Shown piece after piece: positions 36,976 to 49,967 of a stretch of 64,000 nt of DNA. The stretch spans positions 47,926,001-47,990,000 of the forward strand of contig NC_043006.1 in the NCBI RefSeq assembly GCF_006345805.1. The letters run 5' to 3'. Below the pieces are notes generated by a model. It worked only from the letters and a program-made list of their open reading frames with translations. It was not told the DNA's origin and did no database searches. Made by a program: the position numbers and the translations under genes. The number at the start of each line of letters is the position of its first letter. Within the stretch, counting starts at the first letter, position 1. The DNA is from Octopus sinensis (taxonomy: Eukaryota).

Positions 36976-38035
36976 CACACACACACCATACGTAGGTATG
37001 TATATAGATATATGTATGAGATTTCAGTTTAGAAACGCTTCGGTGACAATTAATCAGTAAACGTTGACTCACTTTCCGATGCTAACTCAGTTTCACTTTC
37101 ACTCTCTACTTCAGTCTACACACACAGACACAGAGACGTGCGCGCGCGAAGCAAATAGTACCACCCACGCCGTACACACAGGCATCCTACAACACATAGA
37201 CACTTATACAAAAAGAAATATGTATATAAACATGTATAAATATATATCAACATGTACGCCCACATGCATGTGTAAGAATGTATGTATTAATTGGTTGCCT
37301 GTGTATAAGAAAGTACGTGTGGAACAAATATATATATAAAATTTATATATATAATATATATATGTGTGTGTGTATGTGTGCGCCGCGCGTGTGTTGTGTC
37401 TGTTTTGTAGCTATGTATATGTTGTATATTCATCTATACTCAACATATATATATATATATATATATGTTGTATATATGTGTATAATATAATATATAATAT
37501 GTATAATATATAGATATATATATATATATATATATATATACTATACATATATACATATATATATATATTATACACATATATACATACATATATTATATAT
37601 ATATATATATTGTGTGTGTTTTTTTGTGTGTGTAAGTAATACCATGTGTGTGTGCATGTATGTACGTATGTATGCATCTAATATATGTATAATAATGTAA
37701 TAAAGCATATACATATATCAATATACATCTGCGTCTGTGGGCCTCTCTCCGTGTGTGGGCAGGTAATTTCGCCACTTACTCTTATTACAAATCCGCATAA
37801 TAATAGACGGTTATGTGTATCTAGTTCCAGTCTGCGTACAGACATCGACATTTTCCTGTTTTATTATAAAAAAAAATTTGCTGATAGAGATGTCAGCCTA
37901 TTTTGATTTTTTTTTTTGGTTCTTGTTTTTCCTTTATTTTGTTGTCCTATGTTTGACTTGTGCTTTTACTGTTATTTCTGCCGGTAATATTGTTTGTCTT
38001 CTAGACTATCTTGCTTGATTCACAGGCAGACAAGC

Positions 38036-38135
38036 NNNNNNNNNNNNNNNNNNNNNNNNNNNNNNNNNNNNNNNNNNNNNNNNNNNNNNNNNNNNNNNNN
38101 NNNNNNNNNNNNNNNNNNNNNNNNNNNNNNNNNNN
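38036..38135. other. Assembly gap (100 N)
   Basis: Run of 100 N, a round number typical of a scaffolding placeholder; true size unknown. Confidence 0.99.
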
Positions 38136-38239
38136 GATGGTTCGACATTTATTTATGCTATTCTCATAATTCCTATGCTCTTTTTTTGTATACATTATCC
38201 TTGAATTAATCTGTATTAATTTTTTGCTTCGGTGATTGT

Positions 38240-38240
38240 T

Positions 38241-38279
<39 letters not shown>

Positions 38280-39060
38280 TTTTGTTTATGGTTTCTTTGT
38301 TTTTACCATCATAGTTGCTGCCGTCGTCATCGTCGTGTTTTTGCCTCTTCGTCATCATCGCTGTTGTATTACTTATTCCTTATCATCATCATCATCATCA
38401 TCATCATCTTCAATGTCATCACCAAAATTACTATCATGATTCTAGTCGTGAGTGTCATCATCGCCATCATCATCATCATCGTCAACGTGAAAGCCACCAC
38501 CACCAACAACAACAACAACATCATCGTCATCATCATGTTCATCTTCATCAGGAGCACCAACGCCACCATCTTCGTTATTATCCCTGCCATCGCTATCATC
38601 TTCATCACGAGCATCATTATCTTCCTCATCGTCATCATCATCAGCAGCAGCAGCATCAGCAGCAGCATCAGCAGCAGTAGCAGCAGCAGCAGCAGTATCA
38701 CCCCACCATTGCCACTCCCGTTCTCGGCCTCGTCTCCATCACCTTTAACTGCAGCAACAAACACCACTCTCCCCTTTCCCCTTCCACTCCTCCCATTTCC
38801 CCTCCTCATCCTCCTCATCCTCATCCCTTTCCTCCTGCTCATCATCATCATAAGCAGCACCAGCAACATCACCCATATCATTATTGTCATCACATAGAAC
38901 CAGCGAATTATTCTTTATTTCTCTGTTCGTCTATATATTTCCATCGTCATTATCATTACAATCATCAGCAGCAGCATCAGCATCAGCAGCATCAGCATCA
39001 GCAGCATCAGCATCAGCAGCATCAGCATCACAGCAGCTACGTCTACCGTACCACCGCCAC
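38240..39060. repeat. (ATTT)n followed by degenerate (CAT)n/(CAG)n low-complexity tract
   Basis: Directly visible. It explains the His/Gln/Ile-rich pseudo-ORFs. Confidence 0.9.
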
Positions 39061-39223
39061 CGTCACATTTGCCTGTCATTTTCATAATTTTTGCACCATT
39101 GTCATCATTGTTGTAATCAATCGCCTCCTGCTCACCCCCTCTGTGTCATCACCAACATAATTGCTCTCATTGTCATCAGCAGCAGCATCAATGATAATTA
39201 ATGTAATTACTGAAATCGTTTGA

Positions 39224-39438
39224 AGGCGGCAAGCTGGCAAAACGGTTGACATTCCTGACGAAATACTTAGCTATAATTCGCCCGTTAACGTTTTGAGTTC
39301 AATTTCCACGGAGTGCCGGCTTCCCTTTTTAACCTCTCAGGTTCAATAAATATAGATACCAGTTCCCTATTGCTACCGACTATCCCCCTTTCTTAAAAAA
39401 AATTCAGGCATTGTGCCTATAGTACAAGAGATTATTTG
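39224..39438 (+). mobile_element. Diverged SINE C-related copy with alternative tail (C')
   Basis: aaggcggcaagctggcaaaacggtt...ttgagttcaatttcc...ggcattgtgcctatagtac. Confidence 0.6.
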
Positions 39439-40132
39439 AACCGTTTGCGTGTCGAAACATTTACCACGCGCAATTTTGCCGCCTTTTTAAGTTCTGAGTT
39501 CAAATACCACCGTTGTAAGCTTTGCGTTTTATTCCCCTGGTGTCGATTCTACAAAGCACAACGTTAAAGTGTTTTATTTCATCATCTCGAAATTGGCAGC
39601 ACTTTTATTTTCAGACTTGTTCCAACGGCATTTGGTTGTCACCTCTCCGGGCGGGACATCGGTTTGTCAATTATATACTGGTAGTTTACTAAATTGTATA
39701 TCTCATTCACCAAATGTTTAGTCTTGTGATTATTTTAGAAATATTTATTCGACTATCGACTAACCGCATTTTGCGTCAAGTCGACGTATATTGTTTAAAC
39801 ATAGAAAAACATTCAAACATCTTCACCATTTCCAAATCCTGTCATATTTCACGTGGAATGTTGTGTTGGTGTATAAGTCGACCTTTCTCTTTTGATACAG
39901 TTCTATATTTAAGAGATGAAGAATTATGTACATTATTTACATTAAATTCAAATCACGATGAACGTAAACAAACAAACGAAGCTTGCTTTAAAAGCATTGA
40001 CATGTCTTAGAAAGTTAAAGAGGTGATTTTAAATTCTCAAACGCAGGATAGTGCTAATAATATAGCCTGAACAGGATAAGGTACCACTATTTTGCAGAAA
40101 AAAGTGAAAAAAAAAGGCAAAAAAAAACACAA

Positions 40133-40284
40133 TACATTAATTACATTTGACGGATATTTGCCCTCACCTTGTTTGTTGTCAACACAACGTTTCGGCTGAT
40201 ATACCCTCCAGGCTTCATCAGGTGTCTTGGGGAAATTTCAAACCTGGGTTCTCATTCCTAAGGTATATTTCGATGTTATTATTA

Positions 40285-40348
<64 letters not shown>

Positions 40349-40395
40349 CCTCATTATCATTATCATCATTATTATTATTATTATTATCATTATTA

Positions 40396-40471
<76 letters not shown>

Positions 40472-40551
40472 TTATTTATTATTCAGGTCACTGCCTGGAA
40501 TCGAACTCGGAATCTTGTGGTTAGTAGCCCGCGCTCTTAACCACTACAACA
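40133..40551 (-). mobile_element. Composite element 'H', copy 2
   Basis: Head at 40481-40551 (GTAGTGGTTAAGAGCGCGGGCTACTAACC...GAGTTCGATTCCAGGCAGTGACCTGAAT), about 205 bp of (TAA)n, tail at 40133-40275. Same order and junctions as 1498-1795. Confidence 0.88.
40181..40226 (-). ncRNA. Minimal type I hammerhead ribozyme motif with both core words intact
   Basis: gacac-CTGATGA-a-gcctg-gagggtatat-cagcc-GAAAC-GTT-gtgtt. Palindromic ACGT stem III, one mismatch in stem II, one extra A after CUGAUGA. Confidence 0.72.
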
Positions 40552-41564
40552 TGTATGTCGGAAAATATACTACTCAAATAATAAGGATCGCACCACCACA
40601 TACTTTTAGAACAGCGGACAAGTGAGTTCGACCTGCCTAGTTGCATGATGGACGAAGCTGAAATACCGAATGACACATCAAGCAGTTCTTCAATAAGTTC
40701 CATATAGAAAAAAAAAGAAGCGGTCTCTTCCAGTGATTTTATGAATGTGGTGAGTGAATATGGCAAAAGTAGTGTACGAATCTACTATAAGCTTCGTAAA
40801 GGAGACTTGAAAGAGAGCACTTGCACTAGGTAGTCACGGCAATATTGGCTGTGTGACTCTTCCTCAAATATAGATCACCCTATGTGAGAATGACTATATC
40901 GCTGACGTAAGCATGAGTTTCTGTATTATGTATGCAGCTTATATTATGATACTTTTCTCCTCCTGCTCAGATTCTATGACTAACCTTTGTAATGTCTCTT
41001 TTATACGATGCTTCTGTGTCAAGTGCGGAAGTTCATTGTTTAGAAACAATTTTGATGAGAATATTTCCGTGGTTGTTGCATTCTTTTTCGTACAAGCTAT
41101 TCCAAGTCTCAACCAGGGTCTTTAAGTGACATCAAATTTTACATATTGCTGTGGGTGCTTTTAATTACGGCCAGCAATGATATCTTGTAGGGATAGGAAA
41201 CTAGATTCTGTTCAATTTGTAAAAGTATATCAACTTTTAAAGAGTTTCAAAACAATCAGGAATTTTCAGGTTGACAGTTTTTCATCGAGTGTAGACAGTA
41301 CATATAAGAAGATTTTGTGTTTTTTTTTTGGTTCTGGTACTTCTGGGTTTCCAGATATTTGGCCAGTGAATTTAAGTCTGCCATTCAGTGTTACTTGTTT
41401 TCGAAAAGGTCTGATGATCATAGAAATATTTCGAGCAAGGTTAGCTAGCAAAAATGATTAAATCTTAGATGGATCAGCGTCTAGTCCAGGGGAAACATAT
41501 ACGCCATATGAGATGTGTCTCGGGAAGGACCCTTGATCCCTCCTGTTGTTGTTGTTGTCTTAAG

Positions 41565-41775
41565 GCGGAGAGCCGGCGGAATCGTTAGCAGACGGAGAAA
41601 AAAATCTTAGAGGCATTTCGTCCGTCTTCGCATCTTAAGTTCAAGTTCCGCCGTGGTCAACTTTGCCTTTCATTCTCTCTGGGTGGATAAAATAAGCACC
41701 AGTTGAGGACCCAGGTCGATGTAATCGATTTCGACCCTCCAGCGAAATTGCTGGCCTTGTGCAAAAATATAAAAT
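41565..41775 (+). mobile_element. Diverged SINE C' copy
   Basis: aaggcggagagccggcggaatcgttagc...aagttcaagttccgccgtggtcaactttgcctttc...gtcgatgtaatcga...ggccttgtgc. Confidence 0.7.
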
Positions 41776-41957
41776 TAGTAGTAGTAGTAGTAGTAGTAGT
41801 AGTATCAGTAGTAGTAGTAGTTGTTGTTGTTGTTGTAGTAATACCATTAGTGAACAAAGTAACTATATTATAATGACCAAGCATCATCGTGAACTGCACG
41901 AGGGACATGATTATATTCATGATCGTGACCGCCAAGATAAAATATCATAATCATCAC

Positions 41958-42001
<44 letters not shown>

Positions 42002-43088
42002 CCATTACTATCATGATACATCGTCATTATGGTTATTATGAATCTTTGTGAACTTAGACGCGAAAAACTTTATTCATATTTGTACAGATTGTGTTTCTTG
42101 CAGATATATCATTTTATAGGCTGATGTTGTTTGTTCTTACTACAGCTATCATCTCTTTGCAAAGTGCCTCCAGCTTTCGTATCATTTACGTACTAGTTTT
42201 GTTTCTTTCGATATTTAAACGTATCGACATCACTCCTTATTTAAAGACTCACACACTTGCATATACATAACGCTATTACTTATAGTATACACACACGTTT
42301 CCTTTTGACGTCGTTTTCAACTCTGTTTTCTCGTCTAAATGAAATCGTACATTGTCTCTGATCTTCACAAAACTATTCCAATTCATCGTTTTCCATTTCC
42401 TATTCCAGAAGATTCGTTTATTTTGTTTTCTGTAATTTCATATTATCAATTTTTGGTTTACTTCCTATTAGGTATGGTCATTAATTTATACATTCATGCA
42501 CACATACATAAACACAGCCATATAGATACACACACACATATGTATGTAGTTCTGCGTGTATATATGTATATTTGTAAACATGTATGCATATATATATATT
42601 ATATATATATCTATATATATATGTATGTATGTATGTAGATATATATATATATATATAGATATATATATATAATTATTATATATATATATATATACATATA
42701 TATATAATGTGTGTGTGTTACGGAAGGTTTTGGATTTGAGACAAAAATTCTGGTTATCAGTCCGTATATGAAAAGTAAAACGTCAATCTATTAAATGCTT
42801 CATAAAAATATATATGCAAAATAAATATACGCATTGAAAGAATACCTATTCAGCGATATATAAATCATATAAATTTGAACATGCAAGATCGGTTCGTCGC
42901 ATCAGAGGCGCTAGTGTTAAAGCTCGCAAGAGTATATGGAAAGTTGGATGGGTGAAGTCCAAATTAAAATTCAGTGGTGAAAATTAACACTGAATAGTTG
43001 TGCTATATACGGAGCATATATATATATATATATATATACTCGTCATCGCCTCCTCTTCCTCCCCCTCCTCCTCCTCCTCCTCCTCCTC

Positions 43089-43125
<37 letters not shown>

Positions 43126-43213
43126 GCGACGACGACGACGACGACGACGACGACTACTACTACTACTATTACTAGAGCTGCTGCTCCTACTTCTACTTCT
43201 ACTTCTACTACTT

Positions 43214-43536
43214 TGGAGCACTCCGTCGGTTGCGACGACGAGGGTCCCAGCCGAAAAGATCAACGGAACAGCCTGCTCGTGAAACTAACGTGCAAGTGAC
43301 TGAGCAATCCACAAACACGTGCACCCCTAACGTAGTTCTCAGGGAGATTCAGCGTGACACAGAGTATGACAAGGCTGGCCCTCTGAAATACAGGTACAAC
43401 TCATTTATGCCAGCTGAGTGGACTGGAGCAACGGAAAATAGTGTTTGCTCAAGGACACAACGCGTCGCCGGTAATTAAATTCACGACCTTACAATCGTGA
43501 GCCAACTGCCCTAACCACTAAGCTACGCGCCTTTAC
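43214..43536 (-). mobile_element. Chimeric SINE: E/F-type head fused to family B tail
   Basis: Minus strand AAGGCGCGTAGCTTAGTGG...GTGTCCTTGAGCAAACAC...CACTCAGCTGGCATAAATGAG|TTGTACCTGTATTTCAGAGGGCCAGCC...ACCGACGGAGTGCTCC. Direct repeat ACTTCTACTACT at 43201-43212 and 43537-43548. Confidence 0.85.
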
Positions 43537-43565
43537 ACTTCTACTACTACTACTACTACTACTAC

Positions 43566-43603
<38 letters not shown>

Positions 43604-46477
43604 GACAACTACTACTAGCACCACCACTACAACTACCTTTACCACTACCACAATTACCACTCCCACAAAAAACCACCACCACCACCACTCCTATTACTGC
43701 TACTACTACTGCGACTACTACTACAGCTGCTGTTGCTCCCTCTCCTCCTACTTCTGCTACTACTACTACTACTACGACTGCTAATACTTCTACTACTACT
43801 AATACAACAATTACTAGCACAACCACCGCTACTATTATCTTTACCACTACCACAATTACCACGCCCACTACAACCACCACCACCACCACCATTAAACTTC
43901 TAATACTACTACTACTATTACTACTACTACTGTTACTACTACTAATACATCGTCGTTGTCGTCGCTTAGCCAAAGGTGAACAATGATTGCGCAGACCACG
44001 TAATCAATGTGCAGCATAATCTGAATTCCTACTTTCAGTTTCTCAAACGGTAAGGAGTTATTTTCTTGGCAGTACTGATGTTGATAATTTTGAGACGGGT
44101 ATTAATGGGATGTTAGTTTATCCCCACACCATTAACCTTGATTGAGCAAATCAACGATCAAATTCATACCGGCCATTGCCAAACTGAATTATATGCTGGT
44201 ATAATCTACCCAGACTTAATTATTGCATATGTTCCTGATAATTAAAAAAATATTTTCTAGACGTTCTTTTATGTAGCTGTTTACGATTTGAGTGACTTTC
44301 AGCTGCTCTGTCTGCCAATATGAGTCATCATATAGCAACTTGCATTTGGTCGTTACGGTGCAGATAGAACTTGTGACGATGTTAGCGGATGGTGAGAGAG
44401 AAAAAGTGTGTTGGTAAAAGTGTTGGTGATGATAATGTGCTTAAGATTTATTTGTGTTTTACAGATTAAGACCTGCATTGCCATAAATCTAGCAACGCAT
44501 GTTAACGCTATTTAGCTCAACAATAAGAAAAAAAATATCAGATATCTACAAAAGCAATAACTATTCTACCAGTAACATCTTACACAATGACTACAAGTAC
44601 TTAAGATAAATAAAGTATGGAAAGAGGTATGTTCTGTGTATTTATTAGTATATGTTAGGTTGAGTAAACATCAAACAGCAACGTAGGAAACCATATTTAA
44701 TATGTTTATCATATGAGCAGAGCACGCATGTTCATAAGCAGAGGTATATAAACATGGGAAGAGAGATTCACATATAGATAACATATATGTGTGTGTGTGT
44801 GGTGTGTGTGTGTGTGTGCGCGTGCTCGTGCACTTGCGTAAATGTGTGTGTGCGTCTGCCTCTAAATATATTTAAGGACGTTTCGGGATATTTGACTAAA
44901 GGTGCCTTTGTATACATATATACCCACATGCATATAAGCTAAGAAAAAAAAACACAGATACCACAAAGTACTCACCGACATTAAAGAGCTTTCCAGTATA
45001 AACATATATATACATGATAAACGTTGTTACCTAGTCTGAAATATCTTCTAAAATAATACGTACTTTTTCTTGTTCATGTTTTGAATACCCGATTACAGAA
45101 GGAAGATATTCCATGAATTAACTAGATTATCGTGATATCTTTCTGCAAAATGATTCAATGAACAAACATATAAATCGGCATGAAATATAGTGGGTGGATG
45201 AGAAGATCCAAGATTTTGTAATAAAAATGCACCGGATAAACCTTATATAAAGATGGAAAAAATCTTATTTTGCTTTCACCTGCAAAATAAAGAGAAAAAA
45301 ACAATCATAGTTTCAAAGAAAATGCGTGGGTCATATGTTTTATCGGTTTAGTGTTTAGCACCGAGGCAAATAGCGCAAAGTATTTGTCCTGACTATTAAA
45401 TTTCCGACTTCGAAATTCGCCACTAATGAATTTGCCTCTCATAAATTCAGGATTGATAAAATATAGAATCAATCAGTTACTTTTTTATTGCTAATGCATA
45501 TATCATTCGTATATAATGCTGATGTATATAAATATTATGTTTTGGACTGGTGAATGTCGAAGCAGATAAAGCTATAAGTAAAAGTTTATAATATATGTTT
45601 AAAGATCTTCGGGTAAAAAACTTCGAAGGCTGCCCATGTTCAGAAACATAAGATTATTTCATGTTCACTCTCTTAATTTCTAAATTTATTAACAGACACA
45701 CACACACATATACACACATACATACATACATACACACATACATACATACATACATACATTCATACATACATACATACATACATACATACATACATACATA
45801 CATACATACATACATACATGCGTACATGTCGCAAAAACAATATTCAATATCATCCAAACTAAAGACTATCCTAGAATAAATACAGAGGTATTCCCTGTTA
45901 TTGAATACGTGCACAAGCTTCAACACGTCATATCGGTGGAACATGCGCAACAAAACATCTCATCTGTCAAGTTTAAGCATGGTTGCCCGATATTGTTATT
46001 GGGGACGAACAAGAAAACGTATGCACCGTCATACCGAGCAGCTGTGAAGGAGAAAGAAGTTAAGGATGGACAACTGCTTTGAATCCTCCAGCATTTATAT
46101 TCAAATTACAAATTTACATTTATACCAACAATAATTTGTGCACTTGGTTTTTGTGAGTAAATGCCTTATTAATAGTTTGGATAAGCTTGGATTTTCAGGA
46201 AAGCAAATCAACAGACTCGCACATTACAAATACAGTATATAATTGGAATAGTAAAAAGTGCGAAAATTTTCTCAAGTTTAAAATGTGACATTGATTTCGA
46301 TATCCATATTCCAACGATGGAGCTCTCTGTCTTTGTGAGAAGCCAGTTTCTTTCTCAAGGAAAGAATGTAAATAATTGAAAGCAAGAAAACACTCACACA
46401 TCCACACATCCATACCTACGAAGGAATGTGCGTGTGAGTATGTGCGTGTGTTCATATATATATATTTTTTTTTTTTG

Positions 46478-46692
46478 TACTTGTTTCAGTCATTTGACTG
46501 CGGCCATGCTGGAGCACCGCCTTTAGAGTGGTGAAAGAGTACAGCAGGGATCACCAGCATCCCCTGCCGGAGCCTCGTGGAGCTTTTAGGTGTTTTCGCT
46601 CAATAAACACACACAACGCCCGGTCGGGAATCGAAAACCGCGATCCTCCGACCGCAAGTCCGCTGCCCTAACCACTGGGCCATTGCGCCTCC
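46478..46692 (-). mobile_element. Chimeric SINE: family B head (46527-46692) joined to family A 3' tail (46478-46526)
   Basis: Minus strand ...GTACTCTTTCACCACT|CTAAAGGCGGTGCTCCAGCATGGCCGCAGTCAAATGACTGAAACAAGTA. No TSD seen. Confidence 0.8.
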
Positions 46693-46794
46693 CCAAAAGG
46701 ATATCTGTCAGAAGTGGATATATAAGTATATATAGATATATATATATACATATAAGTGCTTATCTATTCATAACATATTTATATATATATATAT

Positions 46795-46853
<59 letters not shown>

Positions 46854-46863
46854 CGCTTATCTA

Positions 46864-46902
<39 letters not shown>

Positions 46903-46943
46903 ATATATATATATTATATATACAAATAAGCGCTTATCAATTC

Positions 46944-47005
<62 letters not shown>

Positions 47006-47505
47006 GAAACAGAGCGAGAGAGAGGGAAGAGAGAGAGAGAGAGAATGAGATGAGCACGGTACTCGAATGCAGCTGTAGATTGAAACGTTAGTTTCTGGCA
47101 ACAAAGACTTTCTTTTCAGCTTTAGGCCCATTTAACAAAAGTTCGACTGATATAATATTCTATCGGAATAAGAAAACATAGCTGCAAGTGAGAGATGTTA
47201 GAAAACTCAACTAACAGCATATGTACACTCACATATACGCACGCACACACACATGTACATTTTATTCATATTTGAAAACTCACATACATATATCAATGTA
47301 TTTGTCTGTGACTTTGTGTGTGGTTGCGTGCATGGGTGTATCTGCATTTGCGTAGGAATATGTCTAACTTCCTTTAATGAATGTATATATTGAAAGAGCG
47401 GTGCAAATCTATACGTAAGTGTGCATGCATGTACGTATGTATGTATATAAATATGTACACACGAACACACACTTTAATATACTTATGTGTATTAGTGTGT
47501 GTTTG

Positions 47506-47554
<49 letters not shown>

Positions 47555-48120
47555 ACTTATACATGTAGAGAGACAGATACATATATAGATATGTACATTG
47601 AGATTTATGAACAAGCACACGTTTGCACTTACATAAACAATATATACACGCATACATACACACGTACGGATATATATGTGTGTGTTTTATATATTTATGT
47701 ACACAGACATACACACACACACACGCACATATACATATACAGACTGGTGTACACATATAGGCAGACATATGGTGGAAGCGCCTAAAGTCAGACCATCACA
47801 AAATAACAAGTCTGGTATTTGGGGATACTTTAAAAAAGATCAAAATAAACCACAACCGCTCTTCACACGTTCACACACGTCAATAACGTACCACATCAAC
47901 CCCATTCACTTCAAAGACTTTTATCACTATTATCCACAATTAATACCAATGATACCAATGGAAAGAGTGAATACGAATGACAAGAATAAGCGAATGCGAG
48001 ACGAAAGAAATTACGACACTGACACAAGCACTTTCAACCAAAAGGTACATAACTAAAAGAGCAAACTTAGATATAAAGATAAACATACATATATAGGAAA
48101 CAACATGAAAGATAATACCA

Positions 48121-48571
48121 GTGGTAAGTAGCTTGCTTACCAACTACATGGTTTCGAGTTCAGTCCCACTGCGTGGCATCTTGGGCATGTGTCTTCTACT
48201 ATAGCCTCGGACCGACCAAAGCCTTGTCAGTAGATTTGGTAGACGGAAACTGAAAGAAACCCATCGTATATATATGTATGTATATATATATATATATATT
48301 ATGTGTATATATAATATATATATACATAATACAACGGTTTCGAGCTGGCAGAAACGTTAGCAGGCCGGGCAAATGCGTAGCCGTATTTCGTCTGCCGCTA
48401 CGGTCTGAGTTCAAATTCCGCTGAGGTCGACTTTGCCTTTCATCCTTTCGAGGTCGATAAATTAAGAACCAGTTGCGCACGGGGTCGATGTAATCGACTT
48501 AATCCCTTTGTCTGTCCTTGTTTGTCCCCTCTGTGTTTAGCCCTGTGTGGTAGTAAAGAAATATATAAAGA

Positions 48572-48607
<36 letters not shown>

Positions 48608-48800
48608 GACTCTGTGTGTATATGTTTGTGTGTCAGTGTTTGTCCCCCAACATTGCTTGACAACCGATGGTGGTGTGTTTACGAAACCGATAGAATAAGT
48701 ACTGGGCTTACAAAGAATAAGTCCTGGGGCGATTTGCTCGACTAAAGGCGGTACTCCAGCATGGCCGCTGTCAAATGACTGAAACAAGTAAAAGAGTAAA
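48121..48800 (+). mobile_element. SINE family A interrupted by a nested SINE C
   Basis: A head at 48121-48266 and A tail at about 48615-48800. The C copy sits inside the internal (TA)n. Confidence 0.9.
48336..48563 (+). mobile_element. SINE family C nested in the microsatellite of SINE A
   Basis: cgagctggcagaaacgttagc...gtggtagtaaagaaata matches 33409-33641. Confidence 0.9.
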
Positions 48801-49053
48801 TATCAACTAGAGTAACACTAACAGCAACAAAGTAACAGGGTTTTAATGGCGAGTTGCTTAGTTAGCGACACAAGCAAAATTTTGTTTTTTTGCTTATATT
48901 TTTTTGACAAATCTTGGCAAACTTTAACGATAGGTCTCAAAGGAACGACCATAATCTGTAGCTCTGAGCAGCAATGAATCAATGTAGAATATATTTGTAT
49001 AATATATAGTCTTGTACTTGCTTCAGGCGTAAACTGTGGCGATCAATTAGATA

Positions 49054-49215
49054 GGAGTAGGAGTGGCTGTGTGATAAGTAGCTTGCTTACCAACCACATG
49101 GTTCCAGGTTCAGTCCCACTGCGTGCCACCTTGGGCAAGTGTCCTCTACTATAGCCTCGGGCCGACCAAAGCCTTGTGAGTAGATTTGGTAGACGGAAAC
49201 TGAAAGAAGCCCGTC

Positions 49216-49254
<39 letters not shown>

Positions 49255-49445
49255 TGTGTGTCTGTGTTTTTCCCCCAACATCGCTTGACAACAGATGCTG
49301 GTGTGTTTACATCCCCGTTACTTAGCGGTTCGGAAAGAGAGATAGATAGAATAAGTCCTGGTGGTCGATTTGCTCGACTAAAGGCGGTGCTCCAGTATGG
49401 CCACACTCAAATGACTGAAACAAATAGAAGAATAGAAGAAGAAAG
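49054..49445 (+). mobile_element. SINE family A with a 22-bp deletion between internal GAATAAGT direct repeats
   Basis: Reads gatagaataagt|cctgg, whereas other copies read gatagaataagt-actaggcttacaaagaataagt-cctgg. Confidence 0.9.
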
Positions 49446-49894
49446 AATAGAAATCCAACATCTTAAAATCTTAACGTGATGGTTTAAGTGGATGTTATTT
49501 CGGAATCACTGTGTCAAAATAACTCTCGTTCAACACCAAGTTTTCGACAACAGGGACACAATTCTTTTAGCGGGTCTGTGTTGTCAGGCTTGGCGTTGGA
49601 ATGACAGAACAGTTATAGCGCTGGTTCAGTTGACTAGTGACATCTGTCCCCATTGTTTAGATACGGCATTGCCAGCGATGATACTTGCGCCAAACTGTAT
49701 AATCATTTTCCATCCTGTTGGAGAGCTTCAATAGCGTGGAGAGACTAGACTTGCATGAATAGGCAGCTGCTGGTCTCCTACGTAATGAACTGTTTGCCCT
49801 TGGTGGCAAGAGATAAGGGGGATAAAATAAATTCAACAAGTTTTGTATTGTATGTATTGTGAGGTGTAAAATTCAGATGCTGTTAAACATGTAT

Positions 49895-49915
49895 ATATGA
49901 TGATGATGATGATGA

Positions 49916-49967
<52 letters not shown>

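Noticed and set aside
38036-38135. ORFs or structures spanning the N run
   Set aside because: This is an assembly gap of unknown true size, so adjacency across it cannot be trusted.
43970-44049. 80-nt candidate exon (PKVNNDCADHVINVQHNLNSYFQFLKR) with AG/GTAAGG boundaries
   Set aside because: The acceptor lies in decayed microsatellite with no real polypyrimidine tract, and the peptide is unrecognised. This is compatible with chance; RNA-seq would settle it.
47676-48056. KSGIWGYFKK as the start of a BED zinc finger (hAT transposase)
   Set aside because: The downstream CxxC and HLxxxH residues are missing, and the ORF starts in microsatellite.
49492-49839. Higher-complexity island with ORFs on both strands as an exon
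   Set aside because: No recognisable homology and no matched acceptor/donor pair. Left unassigned.
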